A program made the position numbers and the translations under genes. From positions 156,618 through 220,617 of the forward strand of contig CAIXFN010000034.1 in NCBI GenBank assembly GCA_903918755.1: 64,000 bases of DNA, given 5' to 3'. This document shows positions 35,930-46,875 of this stretch, piece by piece. Under the pieces are notes generated by a model. The model saw only the letters and a program-made list of their open reading frames with translations. It had not been told where the DNA came from and searched no databases. Each line of letters opens with the position of its first letter. Position 1 is the stretch's first letter. This stretch comes from an uncultured Pedosphaera sp. Its GTDB lineage: Bacteria > Verrucomicrobiota > Verrucomicrobiia > Limisphaerales > Pedosphaeraceae.

Positions 35930-38845
35930 TTAACCGGGCGGGGAATCGTCGGTGGCCGCGTTGATATCGAGCGCCACGAAGCGGAGCAACTCAGAATTAT
36001 TCATTTCCGTCAGCAACCGCTCGCCGCCCTCGCCCAGCACATCTTCCGCCAGCGCGCTTTTGTTGGCAATCACTTCCTGAATCCGCTCTTCCAAAGTGCC
36101 CCGGCAGGTGAACTTGTGCACCATGACATTCCGCTTCTGCCCGATGCGGAAAGCGCGATCGGTCGCCTGATTCTCCACCGCCGGATTCCACCAGCGGTCA
36201 AAGTGAATGACATGCGAGGCCGCCGTCAGGTTGAGTCCGGTCCCTCCCGCTTTCAACGACAACACAAAAAACGGCGGTCCCCCGTCCCGCTGAAAGGCAT
36301 TGACCAATTCCTGGCGCTTGCCCACTGGGGTCCCGCCGTGCAACACCAGCCCCGGCTGCCCAAAGACCTCGACCAGGTGACGGGCCAGTGGTTCGGTCAT
36401 TTCCCGGTATTGGGTGAAGACGAGCAACTTTTCCTGGCGCGCCGCTAACTCTTCGCCGAGTTCCCTCAACCGATTGAATTTACCACTGTCGGCGGGCGCG
36501 TAACCGTCGTCCCCCAGCCATTGCGAAGGGTGGTTGCAAATCTGTTTGAACCGGGTCAGAAACGCCAGAATGATGCCCCGGCGCTGAATCCCTTCAGTCT
36601 CCAACGCGTTCAGTCGCTCGCCCAACTCCAGGACTGCTTGCTGATACAGCCCCGCCTGCCTCCGGGTGAGCGGGCAAAAAGCGGTCACTTCGGTTTTATC
36701 GGGCAGGTCGGTGATGATTCGCTTGTCAGTCTTAAGCCGGCGCAAGATGTACGGCCGCACCAACCGCCGGAGCGGTTGGTAGCGGCTGGCATCCTCCGCC
36801 GGACGGTTTTTCAGAAACACCGCGAATTCCCGGACTCCCCCCAGCAGTCCGGGGCAGAGAAAATCAAACAGCGACCACAAATCCGAAAGCCGGTTCTCGA
36901 TCGGCGTGCCGGTCATGGCGATCCGGTGCCGGGCGCGCAGTTCCCGCACCGCCCGGCTCTGGCGCGCGCCCGGGTTTTTGATCGCCTGCGCTTCATCCAG
37001 GATCACCACATTCCATTCCGTCTCTTTGATCCACGCGAGGCGGATGGCCATGGAATAGCTCGTGATCACAAGGTCGATGCCGCGCAGCGTGGTTGCGGGG
37101 GCGCGGCCGATGGCGGTAAGCGCCGCGGCGGCCGTTTCGGAGGGATGCGCGTAAATGACCGTGAGCGAGGGCGCAAACTTGTGAATTTCCGCTTTCCAGT
37201 TCGCGCTCAACGAGGCGGGCACCACCAGCAAGCAGGGACCCGGCGGCGCCGCCCCCGGCCGGGCTGAACGCTGCCGCTTCAAGACGAGCAGCAGGGACAG
37301 GACCTGGATAGTCTTGCCGAGACCCATGTCATCCGCCAGGCAGGCCCCCAAACCCAGCCGGTTCATAAACCACAGCCAGTGCGCGCCCTCCCGTTGATAC
37401 GGACGCAAGGTTGCCCGCAAATCCGCGCCGGGATCCGATTCGGCGGACACCGCGGGTTGCCGCAGTTCCTCCAGCAGCGCTTGCAGTCCACCGCCCGCCA
37501 CCACCGCCGACCACGCCGCGCGGGTGGTTTCCGCCTCCGGTTCGTCGGCGGGTCGGGCATCAAAACCGGCGAGCAACCGCAAGCCGGCCAGCAAGGGCAC
37601 GCCGCCTGTTCCGGTCTCCGCCTGGACCTTTTTCCAATGGTCCAATACCTCGCGTAGCTTGTCCCGATCCACCTCCACCCATTTGCCTTTCAGCAATACC
37701 AGGCTGCCGGCCGACTGCCACAGTTCCTTCAATTCCGCCGCGGTCAATGGCTCGCCTTCCACGGACATTTGCACGGAAAAATCCAACAGACTGTCCGCCC
37801 CCAGCAGCTTGCCGCGGGCCTCGCCAATGCGGACCGTCACCTGCGGCCGCGGCGGCCGGCCCGCCTTCCACCAGTCCGGAATCCGCACCACCACCCCACT
37901 CTGCTCGAGCACCGGGATGTTTTGCAAAAAGGCAAAGGCCTGCGCCGGCCGCCAGGCTTGCGGATGAAACACCGCGCGCGAATCCAACAATTCCCGCGCC
38001 AAGGGACTTTGCTCCGCCGCCCGCTGGACTGGCGAGAGCAGCGCGGCCAGGGCGCCGCGGTTCTTTGCCCCGGCGTATTCCTCCAGCGCGCGCCCGAGGG
38101 GCGCATGCTGCACCCGCCCCTGCTCCGAAACCCGGTGCGCATAAGTAGCCAGAAACGCAAAGGGGTGATCCGGGTTGCGCTTGTTTTCGGCCAAGTGGAA
38201 AGTAACGCGCCCCACCGCATGCCACACCGCGTTCCGCGCCTTGAGGTAGGCGGACAGTCCTCCCTCCGTCTTCGCAATCCCCGTGCGGACATGTTGGTCC
38301 AATTCGCTCCACAACCGCTCCAGCACCGCAGGGGTGAGATATTCGAGGCCGATCATCGGTGGCGCGGCTTCCACCAGAGCCAGCCATTCGGCCGGAGTGG
38401 GCTGGGGCAAGCCCGGATTAGCCGAATCGGAACCCGCCTCGGGTTGATGGCACAAGGCGGTATAAAATCGGCGCGCCATGCCCCGCCAATAAGCCAAAGT
38501 GGCCGGCAAAGGCTCATGCAGCAGGGCGGACGCCAGCAACTCCATGCCGGCGGCGGCCGAATCGCCGAAAACGTCGGACAAGCGCGCCACCACCGTCGCG
38601 GCCAGCTTCGGTTCCGCTTGTTCGTCGGGCTTGACCAGCAATTGGCCGCTGGGAGTTAACGCCAATGCGAGTGACATCTTGCATCGAAAGATAGTGCAAC
38701 CAGGGTGGTTCGCCGAGGGAAAAGCAAACCGAACCACGCCTGCAACACGCGTGCCGCCAGCGGATGCCCGCTCCATAAGCTGATCCCGATTGAGTCCCCG
38801 GTTTGGCCATTTTGCAACTCGCAAGAGACAAAATTTGGTTAACAA
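35930..38845 (-). CDS. SNF2-family helicase/ATPase with a large N-terminal uncharacterised domain
   Basis: 971 aa. Helicase motifs LRPYQREGAHWL, DDMGLGKTIQ (motif I), DEAQAIKN (motif II) and HELICc block QATDRAFRIGQ. About 450 aa N-terminal extension. Confidence 0.85.
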   Translation of the reverse strand: MLTKFCLLRVAKWPNRGLNRDQLMERASAGGTRVAGVVRFAFPSANHPGCTIFRCKMSLALALTPSGQLLVKPDEQAEPKLAATVVARLSDVFGDSAAAGMELLASALLHEPLPATLAYWRGMARRFYTALCHQPEAGSDSANPGLPQPTPAEWLALVEAAPPMIGLEYLTPAVLERLWSELDQHVRTGIAKTEGGLSAYLKARNAVWHAVGRVTFHLAENKRNPDHPFAFLATYAHRVSEQGRVQHAPLGRALEEYAGAKNRGALAALLSPVQRAAEQSPLARELLDSRAVFHPQAWRPAQAFAFLQNIPVLEQSGVVVRIPDWWKAGRPPRPQVTVRIGEARGKLLGADSLLDFSVQMSVEGEPLTAAELKELWQSAGSLVLLKGKWVEVDRDKLREVLDHWKKVQAETGTGGVPLLAGLRLLAGFDARPADEPEAETTRAAWSAVVAGGGLQALLEELRQPAVSAESDPGADLRATLRPYQREGAHWLWFMNRLGLGACLADDMGLGKTIQVLSLLLVLKRQRSARPGAAPPGPCLLVVPASLSANWKAEIHKFAPSLTVIYAHPSETAAAALTAIGRAPATTLRGIDLVITSYSMAIRLAWIKETEWNVVILDEAQAIKNPGARQSRAVRELRARHRIAMTGTPIENRLSDLWSLFDFLCPGLLGGVREFAVFLKNRPAEDASRYQPLRRLVRPYILRRLKTDKRIITDLPDKTEVTAFCPLTRRQAGLYQQAVLELGERLNALETEGIQRRGIILAFLTRFKQICNHPSQWLGDDGYAPADSGKFNRLRELGEELAARQEKLLVFTQYREMTEPLARHLVEVFGQPGLVLHGGTPVGKRQELVNAFQRDGGPPFFVLSLKAGGTGLNLTAASHVIHFDRWWNPAVENQATDRAFRIGQKRNVMVHKFTCRGTLEERIQEVIANKSALAEDVLGEGGERLLTEMNNSELLRFVALDINAATDDSPPG

Positions 38846-38950
38846 AAGCCAATTCCGGTGAAGTCGAACGCGCGGCGTGCGAGCTACCTTCGTTCCCGAT
38901 TTGACAACGATTACACGCTGAACGAACTGAACGAACTGAACTGATGGGTT

Positions 38951-39121
38951 ATGAATAAATTGTGCCGATTGCTCTTACTGGTGAGTCTAGCCGGGTTTAT
39001 TGTCGGAATGCTGGATATGGGCGGCTCCATTCTCTCAGGCCTCGCCCGGGCGATGGGGGCGATTTTCTTCATCCTATTCTTCATCACCACGATTTTTAAC
39101 GCCGCCGCCGCAGAACATTGA
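38951..39121 (+). CDS. Small hydrophobic protein (56 aa), possible membrane peptide
   Basis: ORF below the track length cutoff: MNKLCRLLLLVSLAGFIVGMLDMGGSILSGLARAMGAIFFILFFITTIFNAAAAEH, with two hydrophobic segments. Coding status uncertain. Confidence 0.3.
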   Translation: MNKLCRLLLLVSLAGFIVGMLDMGGSILSGLARAMGAIFFILFFITTIFNAAAAEH

Positions 39122-39316
39122 ACCGGCCGGCCTCGCCTTGGGCTGACTGAATCGAAATAATTTCGTCCGGCGCGTCTGCCATCGCAGTCTTAAGGGGGCT
39201 TGGATTGTGATGGCGACGCGCAGGGCGGCTGTTTGTTCACTTTCCCGTCCGTGACCGACTGCCCCGGAATGACTCCGGGGCGGTCGTGTTAACCAGCAAC
39301 CCAGCCGCCGGATTTA

Positions 39317-41149
39317 TCAAACCGGCTTGACGCCCGCCGGCTTTTTGACGAGTTGGTCGCGCATCATCAGACCGAGGAGTCCATCCACCATTCCCGTTCC
39401 TCCTCCGGTGCCATTGACGGCAAATTCGGGGATGATGCGGATGTTGCGCTCACCCACAATCTGCATGAGTTGGATGGCGGTGTATCCCTCGGCCCCCACC
39501 GCTTCCACGCCCGCACGATAGGCTTCGGCCCGAGCCTTGCCCGTCGCCCGGATGGCTTCGGCATCCCCGCCCGCCTTCAGCCGGATCGATTCCGCCTCGC
39601 CGGTGGCTTGTTTGATGTGCGCGTCGGCCTGCAGTTCGGCAATGTTCACCCCCTGCTCCGCGCTCACCACCTGCTGCTGAATATCCGCCACCGCGGTTTC
39701 CCGCACCAATTGTTGCCGCTGCTTTTGCGCGGCTTCCTGCACCTCATAGGTTTTGCGTTGCTCCTCGGCGATCTTGCGATCCGTCTGCGTTTCCATCAGC
39801 GAGGCCGGCGGGTTGATATCGCCGATGAGGGTGTCGATAGCCTGCACATCATAGGCCGCCAGGGCCGCCCGAATGTGCTGGGCAGCATCGGTCTGGCGCT
39901 CGCTTCGGGCGCTGAGGAAGTCCAGCACCGTGTGATATTGCGCCGAGTTGCGGAAGTAGTTGCCCACAATCGGCTGCAGGACGTGATCCACCATGTTTTG
40001 CATGGAGCCGACGCGGGAGATGACCTTGGGTGCGTCCAGGGCGCCGACGTGAATGATCTGGGCCACATCGAGATTAAATGCAAAACCATCCCGGGACCGC
40101 ACCGTGATCGAGGAGAGCTTCGCGTCGTAGTTATGCGACTCAGTCCGCGATGCCCAATTGAGCACGATGTTCGTGGTGGGCACGAGCTCGGTCTTCATGA
40201 TCCGCGTGTTGACGGGGTGCTTTCCGGGATACAAGGGAGTGACCCAAACGCCTTTGTGGCCCGGATTCACCAGGTCGCCATGTTTGAATTCGATGCCACT
40301 GACATCCTCATGCGCCTGTCCCACAAAGGAGATGACCACGCCCACGTGGCCAATCGGAATTTGGAGCATGGGCACCGATTCCACCTGCACAAACCAGGGA
40401 TTCAGATTCCAGGTGCCGGACAGCAGGATCTGCTCCTGCAGACCACGCCGACCGCCGCCGGCCAGAAAGGCCTGGGCATCCTGGAAGTTCTGATGATCCG
40501 GAATCAGCGGCCCCGCAATTTCGCCCGGCTCAATGGGCCGGCCATCCAGGGTGGTCACAATGCCGACTTGATCCGATTCCACCCGATGCAGCATTAATTG
40601 CTCGGGTTGCATGCCGTTCTCCAGCGCCTCGGCCGAGGTGATGATTTTGAACAGGGCGGTATTAATCCGGTAGGTGCCCGCGGTCAGGATGCCCAGTTGC
40701 CGGCCTTTTTCCCCGCCGCCGGTGAGGAACTTCCGCGCGTCCTGGAACTTGTCGCAATCGATCACCTGCCCCAGGATCCGCTCGGCGGGAATGGGCGCCC
40801 CATCGGCCGCCACCACCAGGGCGATTTCCCCCTGCGGTACGACCACAGCCGGCACTTTGGTGATCGAATATTGCCAACGCCAATACCGGAAGTGCAGACC
40901 GGGTGCCAGCGTGTCCGCCTGGTAACCCGCCTCGCCCGCCAGGGCGATCAAATGCCCCGGCGGCAAGGAATGGGAAGCAAACCGCTTCACCACAATGCCC
41001 ACCTGTCGCTCCCGAATCAGCACCACTCCCAACAAAAGGGGCCCCGCAAGCACCAGTCCTACCAGCACGGCCACTCCCCCCACCAGAATCAACCCCAGCA
41101 CCTCCGGGGCCACCGCCACGAACGTATTCGACGTAATTGCTGCCATCAT
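39317..41149 (-). CDS. Flotillin-like SPFH/band-7 protein (YqiK/FloT type)
   Basis: 610 aa. N-terminal TM, SPFH domain, then a long Ala/Glu-rich flotillin coiled coil (EAAQKQRQQLVRETAVADIQQQVV...). Confidence 0.85.
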   Translation of the reverse strand: MMAAITSNTFVAVAPEVLGLILVGGVAVLVGLVLAGPLLLGVVLIRERQVGIVVKRFASHSLPPGHLIALAGEAGYQADTLAPGLHFRYWRWQYSITKVPAVVVPQGEIALVVAADGAPIPAERILGQVIDCDKFQDARKFLTGGGEKGRQLGILTAGTYRINTALFKIITSAEALENGMQPEQLMLHRVESDQVGIVTTLDGRPIEPGEIAGPLIPDHQNFQDAQAFLAGGGRRGLQEQILLSGTWNLNPWFVQVESVPMLQIPIGHVGVVISFVGQAHEDVSGIEFKHGDLVNPGHKGVWVTPLYPGKHPVNTRIMKTELVPTTNIVLNWASRTESHNYDAKLSSITVRSRDGFAFNLDVAQIIHVGALDAPKVISRVGSMQNMVDHVLQPIVGNYFRNSAQYHTVLDFLSARSERQTDAAQHIRAALAAYDVQAIDTLIGDINPPASLMETQTDRKIAEEQRKTYEVQEAAQKQRQQLVRETAVADIQQQVVSAEQGVNIAELQADAHIKQATGEAESIRLKAGGDAEAIRATGKARAEAYRAGVEAVGAEGYTAIQLMQIVGERNIRIIPEFAVNGTGGGTGMVDGLLGLMMRDQLVKKPAGVKPV

Positions 41150-42301
41150 ACCGAATCCTCCGCCTGCTCGTTGTTTCGCGCGTCTTTTCTGCCTTGCCGG
41201 TGGCGCTCCGGGAGCGCTGGATCCAAAGTTCCTGAACTGCTGCCAGCGGCCCGGTCACTACCGGACCACCACCGGCGCCGCCGCACGAAGCGACAACGTA
41301 ACTAATTTGCGTTGGGGAGAACTTGGGAGCCGCGACATGCGGCGCCAGAGGATCGCCCTTCCAAATGCCGACGAGGTTAGCTGGCGGGCTCGGTCTTGAA
41401 AGTGACCTCGGTCCCGGTTACCCGTGACCTTGCGCCCCATCCCCGGATTGCTCCGGGGAATTTGGTTCCCCCGCGCCGGATTTCAGGAAGGAAACCCGGC
41501 TTAGGCTGCTTTGACTTCAGACAAATTACCCATCGCATCGCCGGGGGGAAAAGTCAAATGTCCCAGCTTTAAAAAACGCGGATGTCATTGTCCATTAAAC
41601 ACATACATCACATCGGGAGTCCTGAGGCGGGGAGATTGTAATCGCAGTGGCGCCCCGTGCTTCGGGCGGCTGGGGAAGGTTGATGGAGCCTCCTCCCCCC
41701 CGGCCGTCTCCGCGATTCTAAAGTGCGGAAGGGAGAAGAAGTCTGATCGGCAATCGTTGCGAGCCGCGCAAATTCGATGGGCTCAGGAGCCTGAGGCTGG
41801 CTGGTCCGCCGACCAGGCCAATCTCATCCGAGCAAAAAAAACCGGGCCAATAGGTCAGGGGGTGACCGAGAGGCCCGGGGAATGTTCGAATTGGCACAAC
41901 AGTAGGATTACGTAGATATCCGGCGAGGGTCTGTACCGAACCCAAGCCGAAACTTGGTGGACGCTGAAAGAACAATTTTTACTTGCGTCCGAAATTCAAA
42001 CTAACCGCGTAATCTTGCTGTTACTAAACCATGCGCGCTGCCGAAAGTCAACCAGAAATTTGAAGTATTAATTCAATTTCACCGACCGAAAACTTTCATT
42101 AGCCGCGTTAATCAAAGAACTGTTTTTAAGCTACCTTCATTGGATGCCAACGGCAAGTTTTTATTCAAACTTTCGCACCAATTCTGCCGTGGCTTTCCCC
42201 GACCGGGAAGTGCCAGACTCGTGATTCTGTCAAGCGGGGATTGGAGAAATATTTACCCCGGTGGCCAAATAATTCTTTGATGACCCTCCGGCCATTGTTA
42301 G

Positions 42302-42676
<375 letters not shown>

Positions 42677-43251
42677 GCAACGGAAACTTTCTCCGGCGAT
42701 GACGCCCGGGGAATTCCTTTGCCCGGTCCAAATCACGCCCAGAATGGATGAGTTTATTCCCCCCCATGCTCGCGCAAGCGGATTTTGCCGGGGCCAGAAG
42801 GGAAACCAGTCAGGGTAATTTTGGCGCCTGGAACCCCTCCGAAAGCGGTGGGAGAAGTGCATGAAATGCCTGATTTTGTTGCTCGCGTCGCGTTTTGTGA
42901 ATAACTTGCGAACAAGTTTTAATAGGTTGCACTCGCAACCGTCGGGTGGTTGCCCTAAAAAGTATCACCTCAGTGACGTTTCCTGGTTGTGGGACACGCG
43001 TCGCGGGATGCGAAAAGGTGTCACAACCAATTTTTCATTTGTAAGTATTTGCCAATAAAAGGCTTGTATTATGCCGATTCCAGCCGGCGGCTGGCAGCTC
43101 CGGCCCGGAAATTTTTAGTCCGCCGTTGGGAAGATTAATCGGGCGCGCCATGAAACGGGACCTGTGTTACAGGCGGGTGACGCGGTCAAGTGAATAAAAG
43201 ACGAAAAATGGCCGAAAATAGCTTGAAAATGGCGCGACGGGTAAAAAAATC

Positions 43252-44607
43252 ATGAAGGGTCCGGCCGAAAAAATCTGGGAAGCCGCGCAGGTGCAATTAC
43301 GCGGGATGTTGAGCGCCGACACCTTCAATTTGTGGTTCGCTCCGATGCGGGCTTGCGCGTTGGAAAACGACTGCGTGACCATGGAGGTCAGCAACGATTT
43401 TTGCGAAGTCTGGATCAAGGACAATTACCTGAGCCTACTGCAGGAGGTCTTCAGCAAGGCGGCGGGGGCCCCGATTCAGGTGAAATTTGCCATTGCCACC
43501 GGCAGCCCCTCCATGGTCCATCCCGTCGCCGCTCCCGCGGTGGCCGCCCGGGCGGCGGAACCCGCCCCGGAACGCACCGTGGTGGAAATGGGCTTCAATC
43601 CCCACAACACTTTTGATTCGTTCGTGGTCGGCAGCAACAACAACTTCGCCCATGCCGCCGCCCTCGCGGTGGCCCAGGCACCGGGCAAATCGTATAATCC
43701 CCTCTTCCTTTATGGCGGGGTGGGACTCGGCAAAACGCATTTGCTCCACGCGATTGGGCATCACGTGGCGAACGCGCGCAAGGGCGCCCGGGTGTCGTAT
43801 GTCTCCTCCGAAAAATTCACCAACGAATACATCGATGGGATTCAAAACAATCAGCTCGCCAAATTCCGGAAGAAATACCGGCAAAGCGAAGTGCTGCTGA
43901 TTGATGACATTCAGTTTCTGGCGGGCAAGGAACGCATTCAGGAGGAGTTTTTCCATACCTTCAACGCCCTGCACGAGCAGCACCGCCAAATCGTCCTTAC
44001 CTGCGACCGCCCGGTGAGCGAAATCCAGAACCTGGAACACCGCCTGGTGTCACGGTTCGAATGGGGCTTGGTGACGGACCTGCAACCGCCGGACATCGAA
44101 ACCCGGCTGGCCATTTTGCGGAAGAAGGCGATTTCCACCCAGGTGCATTTGCCCGAGGAGATCATCAATTTCCTGGCGACCCGCATTCGCGCCAACATTC
44201 GTCGGCTCGAAGGTGCGCTGAGCCGCGTGGCCATGTATGCCAAGCTCACGCAGCAGAAAATGACCATTGAGGTCGTGGAAAGCTTGCTGCGCGATGTCTT
44301 GCACGAAGAAGGACGGGTTTCGATCAATATCGAACTCATCCAGAAACGGGTGGCGGAAAAATATGACATCCGCCTGGCGGACATGACCAGCAAACGCCGG
44401 CCCGAAAACATTGCCTTTCCCCGCCAGATCGCGATGTTTCTCGCCCGCGAGCTTACCGAGAATTCCCTCAACACCATCGGGGAAGCCTTCGGCGGTCGTG
44501 ATCATGGCACCGTCCTGCACGCCTGCCGGCTGGTCAAGGACCGCATGGAAGTGGATTCCACGGTCCGCCAGACGGTTGAGTACCTGAAAAGGCAGCTGCT
44601 CCGCTAG
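43252..44607 (+). CDS. dnaA: Chromosomal replication initiator protein DnaA
   Basis: 451 aa. N-terminal DnaA_N, AAA+ Walker A GGVGLGKTHLL, sensor motifs, and a C-terminal DNA-binding domain (signature-like region MTSKRRPENIAFPRQIAMFLAREL). Confidence 0.95.
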   Translation: MKGPAEKIWEAAQVQLRGMLSADTFNLWFAPMRACALENDCVTMEVSNDFCEVWIKDNYLSLLQEVFSKAAGAPIQVKFAIATGSPSMVHPVAAPAVAARAAEPAPERTVVEMGFNPHNTFDSFVVGSNNNFAHAAALAVAQAPGKSYNPLFLYGGVGLGKTHLLHAIGHHVANARKGARVSYVSSEKFTNEYIDGIQNNQLAKFRKKYRQSEVLLIDDIQFLAGKERIQEEFFHTFNALHEQHRQIVLTCDRPVSEIQNLEHRLVSRFEWGLVTDLQPPDIETRLAILRKKAISTQVHLPEEIINFLATRIRANIRRLEGALSRVAMYAKLTQQKMTIEVVESLLRDVLHEEGRVSINIELIQKRVAEKYDIRLADMTSKRRPENIAFPRQIAMFLARELTENSLNTIGEAFGGRDHGTVLHACRLVKDRMEVDSTVRQTVEYLKRQLLR

Positions 44608-44642
44608 CCGGGCAGCGACCGCCAACGCCCCGCCCATCCCCC

Positions 44643-45629
44643 ATGTCCGCCGCTCCAGTCATTCAGGTCCAAGGTTTGACGAAGGCATTTCGGACCTACA
44701 AAAAGGAACCGGGTTTTGGCGGTGCGTTGCGGGGGTTGTTCCACCGCCGTTACGAGCAAACCTTGGCGGTCAAGGATGTCAATTTCAACGTGGCCCCCGG
44801 GGAATTGGTCGGCTTTCTGGGGCCCAACGGCGCCGGCAAGACCACCACCCTGAAAATGCTCGCGGGGCTGTTATATCCCACCAGCGGCAGCGCCCGCGTG
44901 CTCGATTTCGTCCCGTGGGAAAGGGCGGATGGTTACCGCCGCCAATTCGCCCTCCTGCTGGGCCAGAAGAACCAGCTTTGGTGGGATCTCCCCGCCCGCG
45001 AATCCCTGGAGCTGAACGCCAAAATCTACGGCATTCCCCGGGCGGCTTTCGAACGCACCGTTACCGAGATGACCGAGTTGCTCGCGGTGAAGGACAAACT
45101 CAACGTCATGGTGCGGGAACTGTCCCTCGGCGAGCGCATGAAGATGGAGTTGATCGCCGCCCTGCTCCACCGGCCGAAAGTGCTCTTCCTGGATGAGCCC
45201 ACCATCGGTCTGGACGTCGTCTCCCAAAAGACCGTGCGGGAGTTTTTGCGCGAATACAACGCGCGGGAAAAAACCACCATCCTGCTCACCAGCCATTACA
45301 TGGCCGATATCCAGGAATTGTGCCGCCGCGTGATCATCATTGACCACGGGACGATCTTTTTTGACGGCCTCCTCAGCGATATCGTGGACCGCTTCGCGGA
45401 TTTCAAGCTCATCACCATCCAGCTCTCCGGTGCGGCGGACCGCCCCGCGGAATCCCTGGCCAAATACGGCGAATTGGTGGAGCAGACCCCGCGCAGCTTG
45501 AAATTCAAAGTCAAACGGGACCGGCAAATCGCGGTGTGCAAGGCTCTGCTGGATGATTTCCCGGTGACGGATATCGACATCGAAGAAGTGCCCATCGAGG
45601 AGGTCATCCGGCAAATTTTTGCCCGGTAG
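44643..45629 (+). CDS. ABC transporter ATP-binding protein (ABC-2 type)
   Basis: 328 aa. Walker A GPNGAGKTTT, signature LSLGERMK, Walker B VLFLDEPTIGLD. Confidence 0.85.
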   Translation: MSAAPVIQVQGLTKAFRTYKKEPGFGGALRGLFHRRYEQTLAVKDVNFNVAPGELVGFLGPNGAGKTTTLKMLAGLLYPTSGSARVLDFVPWERADGYRRQFALLLGQKNQLWWDLPARESLELNAKIYGIPRAAFERTVTEMTELLAVKDKLNVMVRELSLGERMKMELIAALLHRPKVLFLDEPTIGLDVVSQKTVREFLREYNAREKTTILLTSHYMADIQELCRRVIIIDHGTIFFDGLLSDIVDRFADFKLITIQLSGAADRPAESLAKYGELVEQTPRSLKFKVKRDRQIAVCKALLDDFPVTDIDIEEVPIEEVIRQIFAR

Positions 45630-45650
45630 GATTCCCCCCTCAGCTGCCCT

Positions 45651-46730
45651 TCATTTGCCCGGTTCCGGCGTGGCAACACCCACTTTCCCGGGCCCCAGAC
45701 TGCGCAGCGACTCCAGCAGCGTTTGCCCCAACTCCTGGTACTTTTCCTTTTCTACCTCCGTCTCCTCAATATCCGCCAACAGCCGCTTTAACACCGGGAT
45801 TCCTTTGCCCGGGCTCGCGGCGCCCGCGGATGCTTCGGCCCCCGGAAGGTAGGCCCAGGAACGCGCCACCAAATCCACCCAACCCGCACCGCCGCGCTGC
45901 AGCACCAGCAATTGACTGGCCGCCGCCACGCGGATTTCGGGCTGCGGATCATGCAGCGCCGCCAGCAGCAAGGGGGCGCCGGCGCGCACTGCGGCGGCGG
46001 AGGTTGGGCAATTACGCAATTCCTTCGCGATGACCCCCTGGGTTCTCCCAGGCGCCTCGCGCAACCCCACCAGCAGCACCGCCAACAACCCGGGGTCGTC
46101 GCCTCCGATTTTGGCAAGGGCCGATAACTCCAATTGCCACAAGTGGTCCGCCGGGGTGTTGAGACCCGCGGCCACCATCACCACCCCCGCCCGGTTGGTA
46201 ATCACCGAACCCAATCCACCGGCTTTTTCCGATGTGGCGGCGACCACGGGTGTATTGGTGAATAGCCCGGGCCAATCCAAGGGCTGCCCGGCGGGCAAGC
46301 GATGACGCTGCCGGTAGGTTTCCGCGCAAACCGCGATGAGGTCCGGCACGCCGGACCGGGCTTCCGACCCCAGGATGGCCAGCAAGGTCAGGGCATGGTC
46401 CCGGCGGGCGTTGGCCAATTTCGGCAGCGGCAAACGCCAGCGCAGCCAGACCGGAAAATTCCGCCAGTGCTGCCGGTAAGCCTCCGCCGGAACCGAATCC
46501 AGCCGCCGGGCCTCGGCCACCAGGAAGGGGACCGCATTCGAGCCAAAACTCCGGAACGCCTCCACCGCCGGCCCCTGCATCCATTGCGGATCATTGAACC
46601 AATAGGCCATGCCCCGCCCCTGATAGGTCGGCCCCTGATCCATGCCCAGCCAACCCCACACCCCGCCCAGGAGCAAGAGCACGGTCACTCCCGCGCGGAT
46701 GCGCCATCGGATATCTTGCCGGATCGCCAT
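45651..46730 (-). CDS. HEAT/PBS-lyase repeat protein, membrane-anchored; start uncertain
   Basis: Track ORF extends to 46949 but would overlap the divergent gene at 46876. Start placed at MAIRQDIRW (46730), which is followed by a TM segment. HEAT-like repeats present (LHDPQPEIRVAAASQL...). Confidence 0.5.
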   Translation of the reverse strand: MAIRQDIRWRIRAGVTVLLLLGGVWGWLGMDQGPTYQGRGMAYWFNDPQWMQGPAVEAFRSFGSNAVPFLVAEARRLDSVPAEAYRQHWRNFPVWLRWRLPLPKLANARRDHALTLLAILGSEARSGVPDLIAVCAETYRQRHRLPAGQPLDWPGLFTNTPVVAATSEKAGGLGSVITNRAGVVMVAAGLNTPADHLWQLELSALAKIGGDDPGLLAVLLVGLREAPGRTQGVIAKELRNCPTSAAAVRAGAPLLLAALHDPQPEIRVAAASQLLVLQRGGAGWVDLVARSWAYLPGAEASAGAASPGKGIPVLKRLLADIEETEVEKEKYQELGQTLLESLRSLGPGKVGVATPEPGK

Positions 46731-46875
46731 GATCAACTCGTTCAGACCTTCCCTCCGCCCTACCGGACGTTGACAAATCATCACCAGGCCAACTCCCGGC
46801 CCAAACCGGGAACCGCTGAATAATTCGCCATGGTCAAAGGTCGAAGGAGAGGACAATATACGGTAAATTAGAACT

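Noticed and set aside
36521-38659. Plus-strand ORFs of 248, 245 and 296 aa
   Set aside because: All fall inside the SNF2 helicase gene on the opposite strand. Pro/Arg/Ala-rich shadow frames.
39353-40597. 414-aa plus-strand ORF
   Set aside because: Antisense to the flotillin gene.
41480-41510. SRP (4.5S) RNA-like caggaaggaaac motif
   Set aside because: It only partly matches the conserved domain IV GGAAGGAAGCAGC, and the flanking helix-forming sequence is missing.
41490-41560. RNase P RNA-like string gaaacccggcttaggctgctttgac
   Set aside because: It resembles the P4 3'-strand / P15-18 region of type A RNase P RNA. However, the obligatory upstream GGAAAGTCCGGGCTCC P4 5' strand and the GGTGAAA-GGTGCGGTAAGAGCGCACC module are absent on either strand, so it is probably a chance match.
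41880-41905. tRNA T-loop-like gttcgaatt
   Set aside because: The flanking sequence cannot form a T-stem or an acceptor stem, and no cloverleaf could be built.
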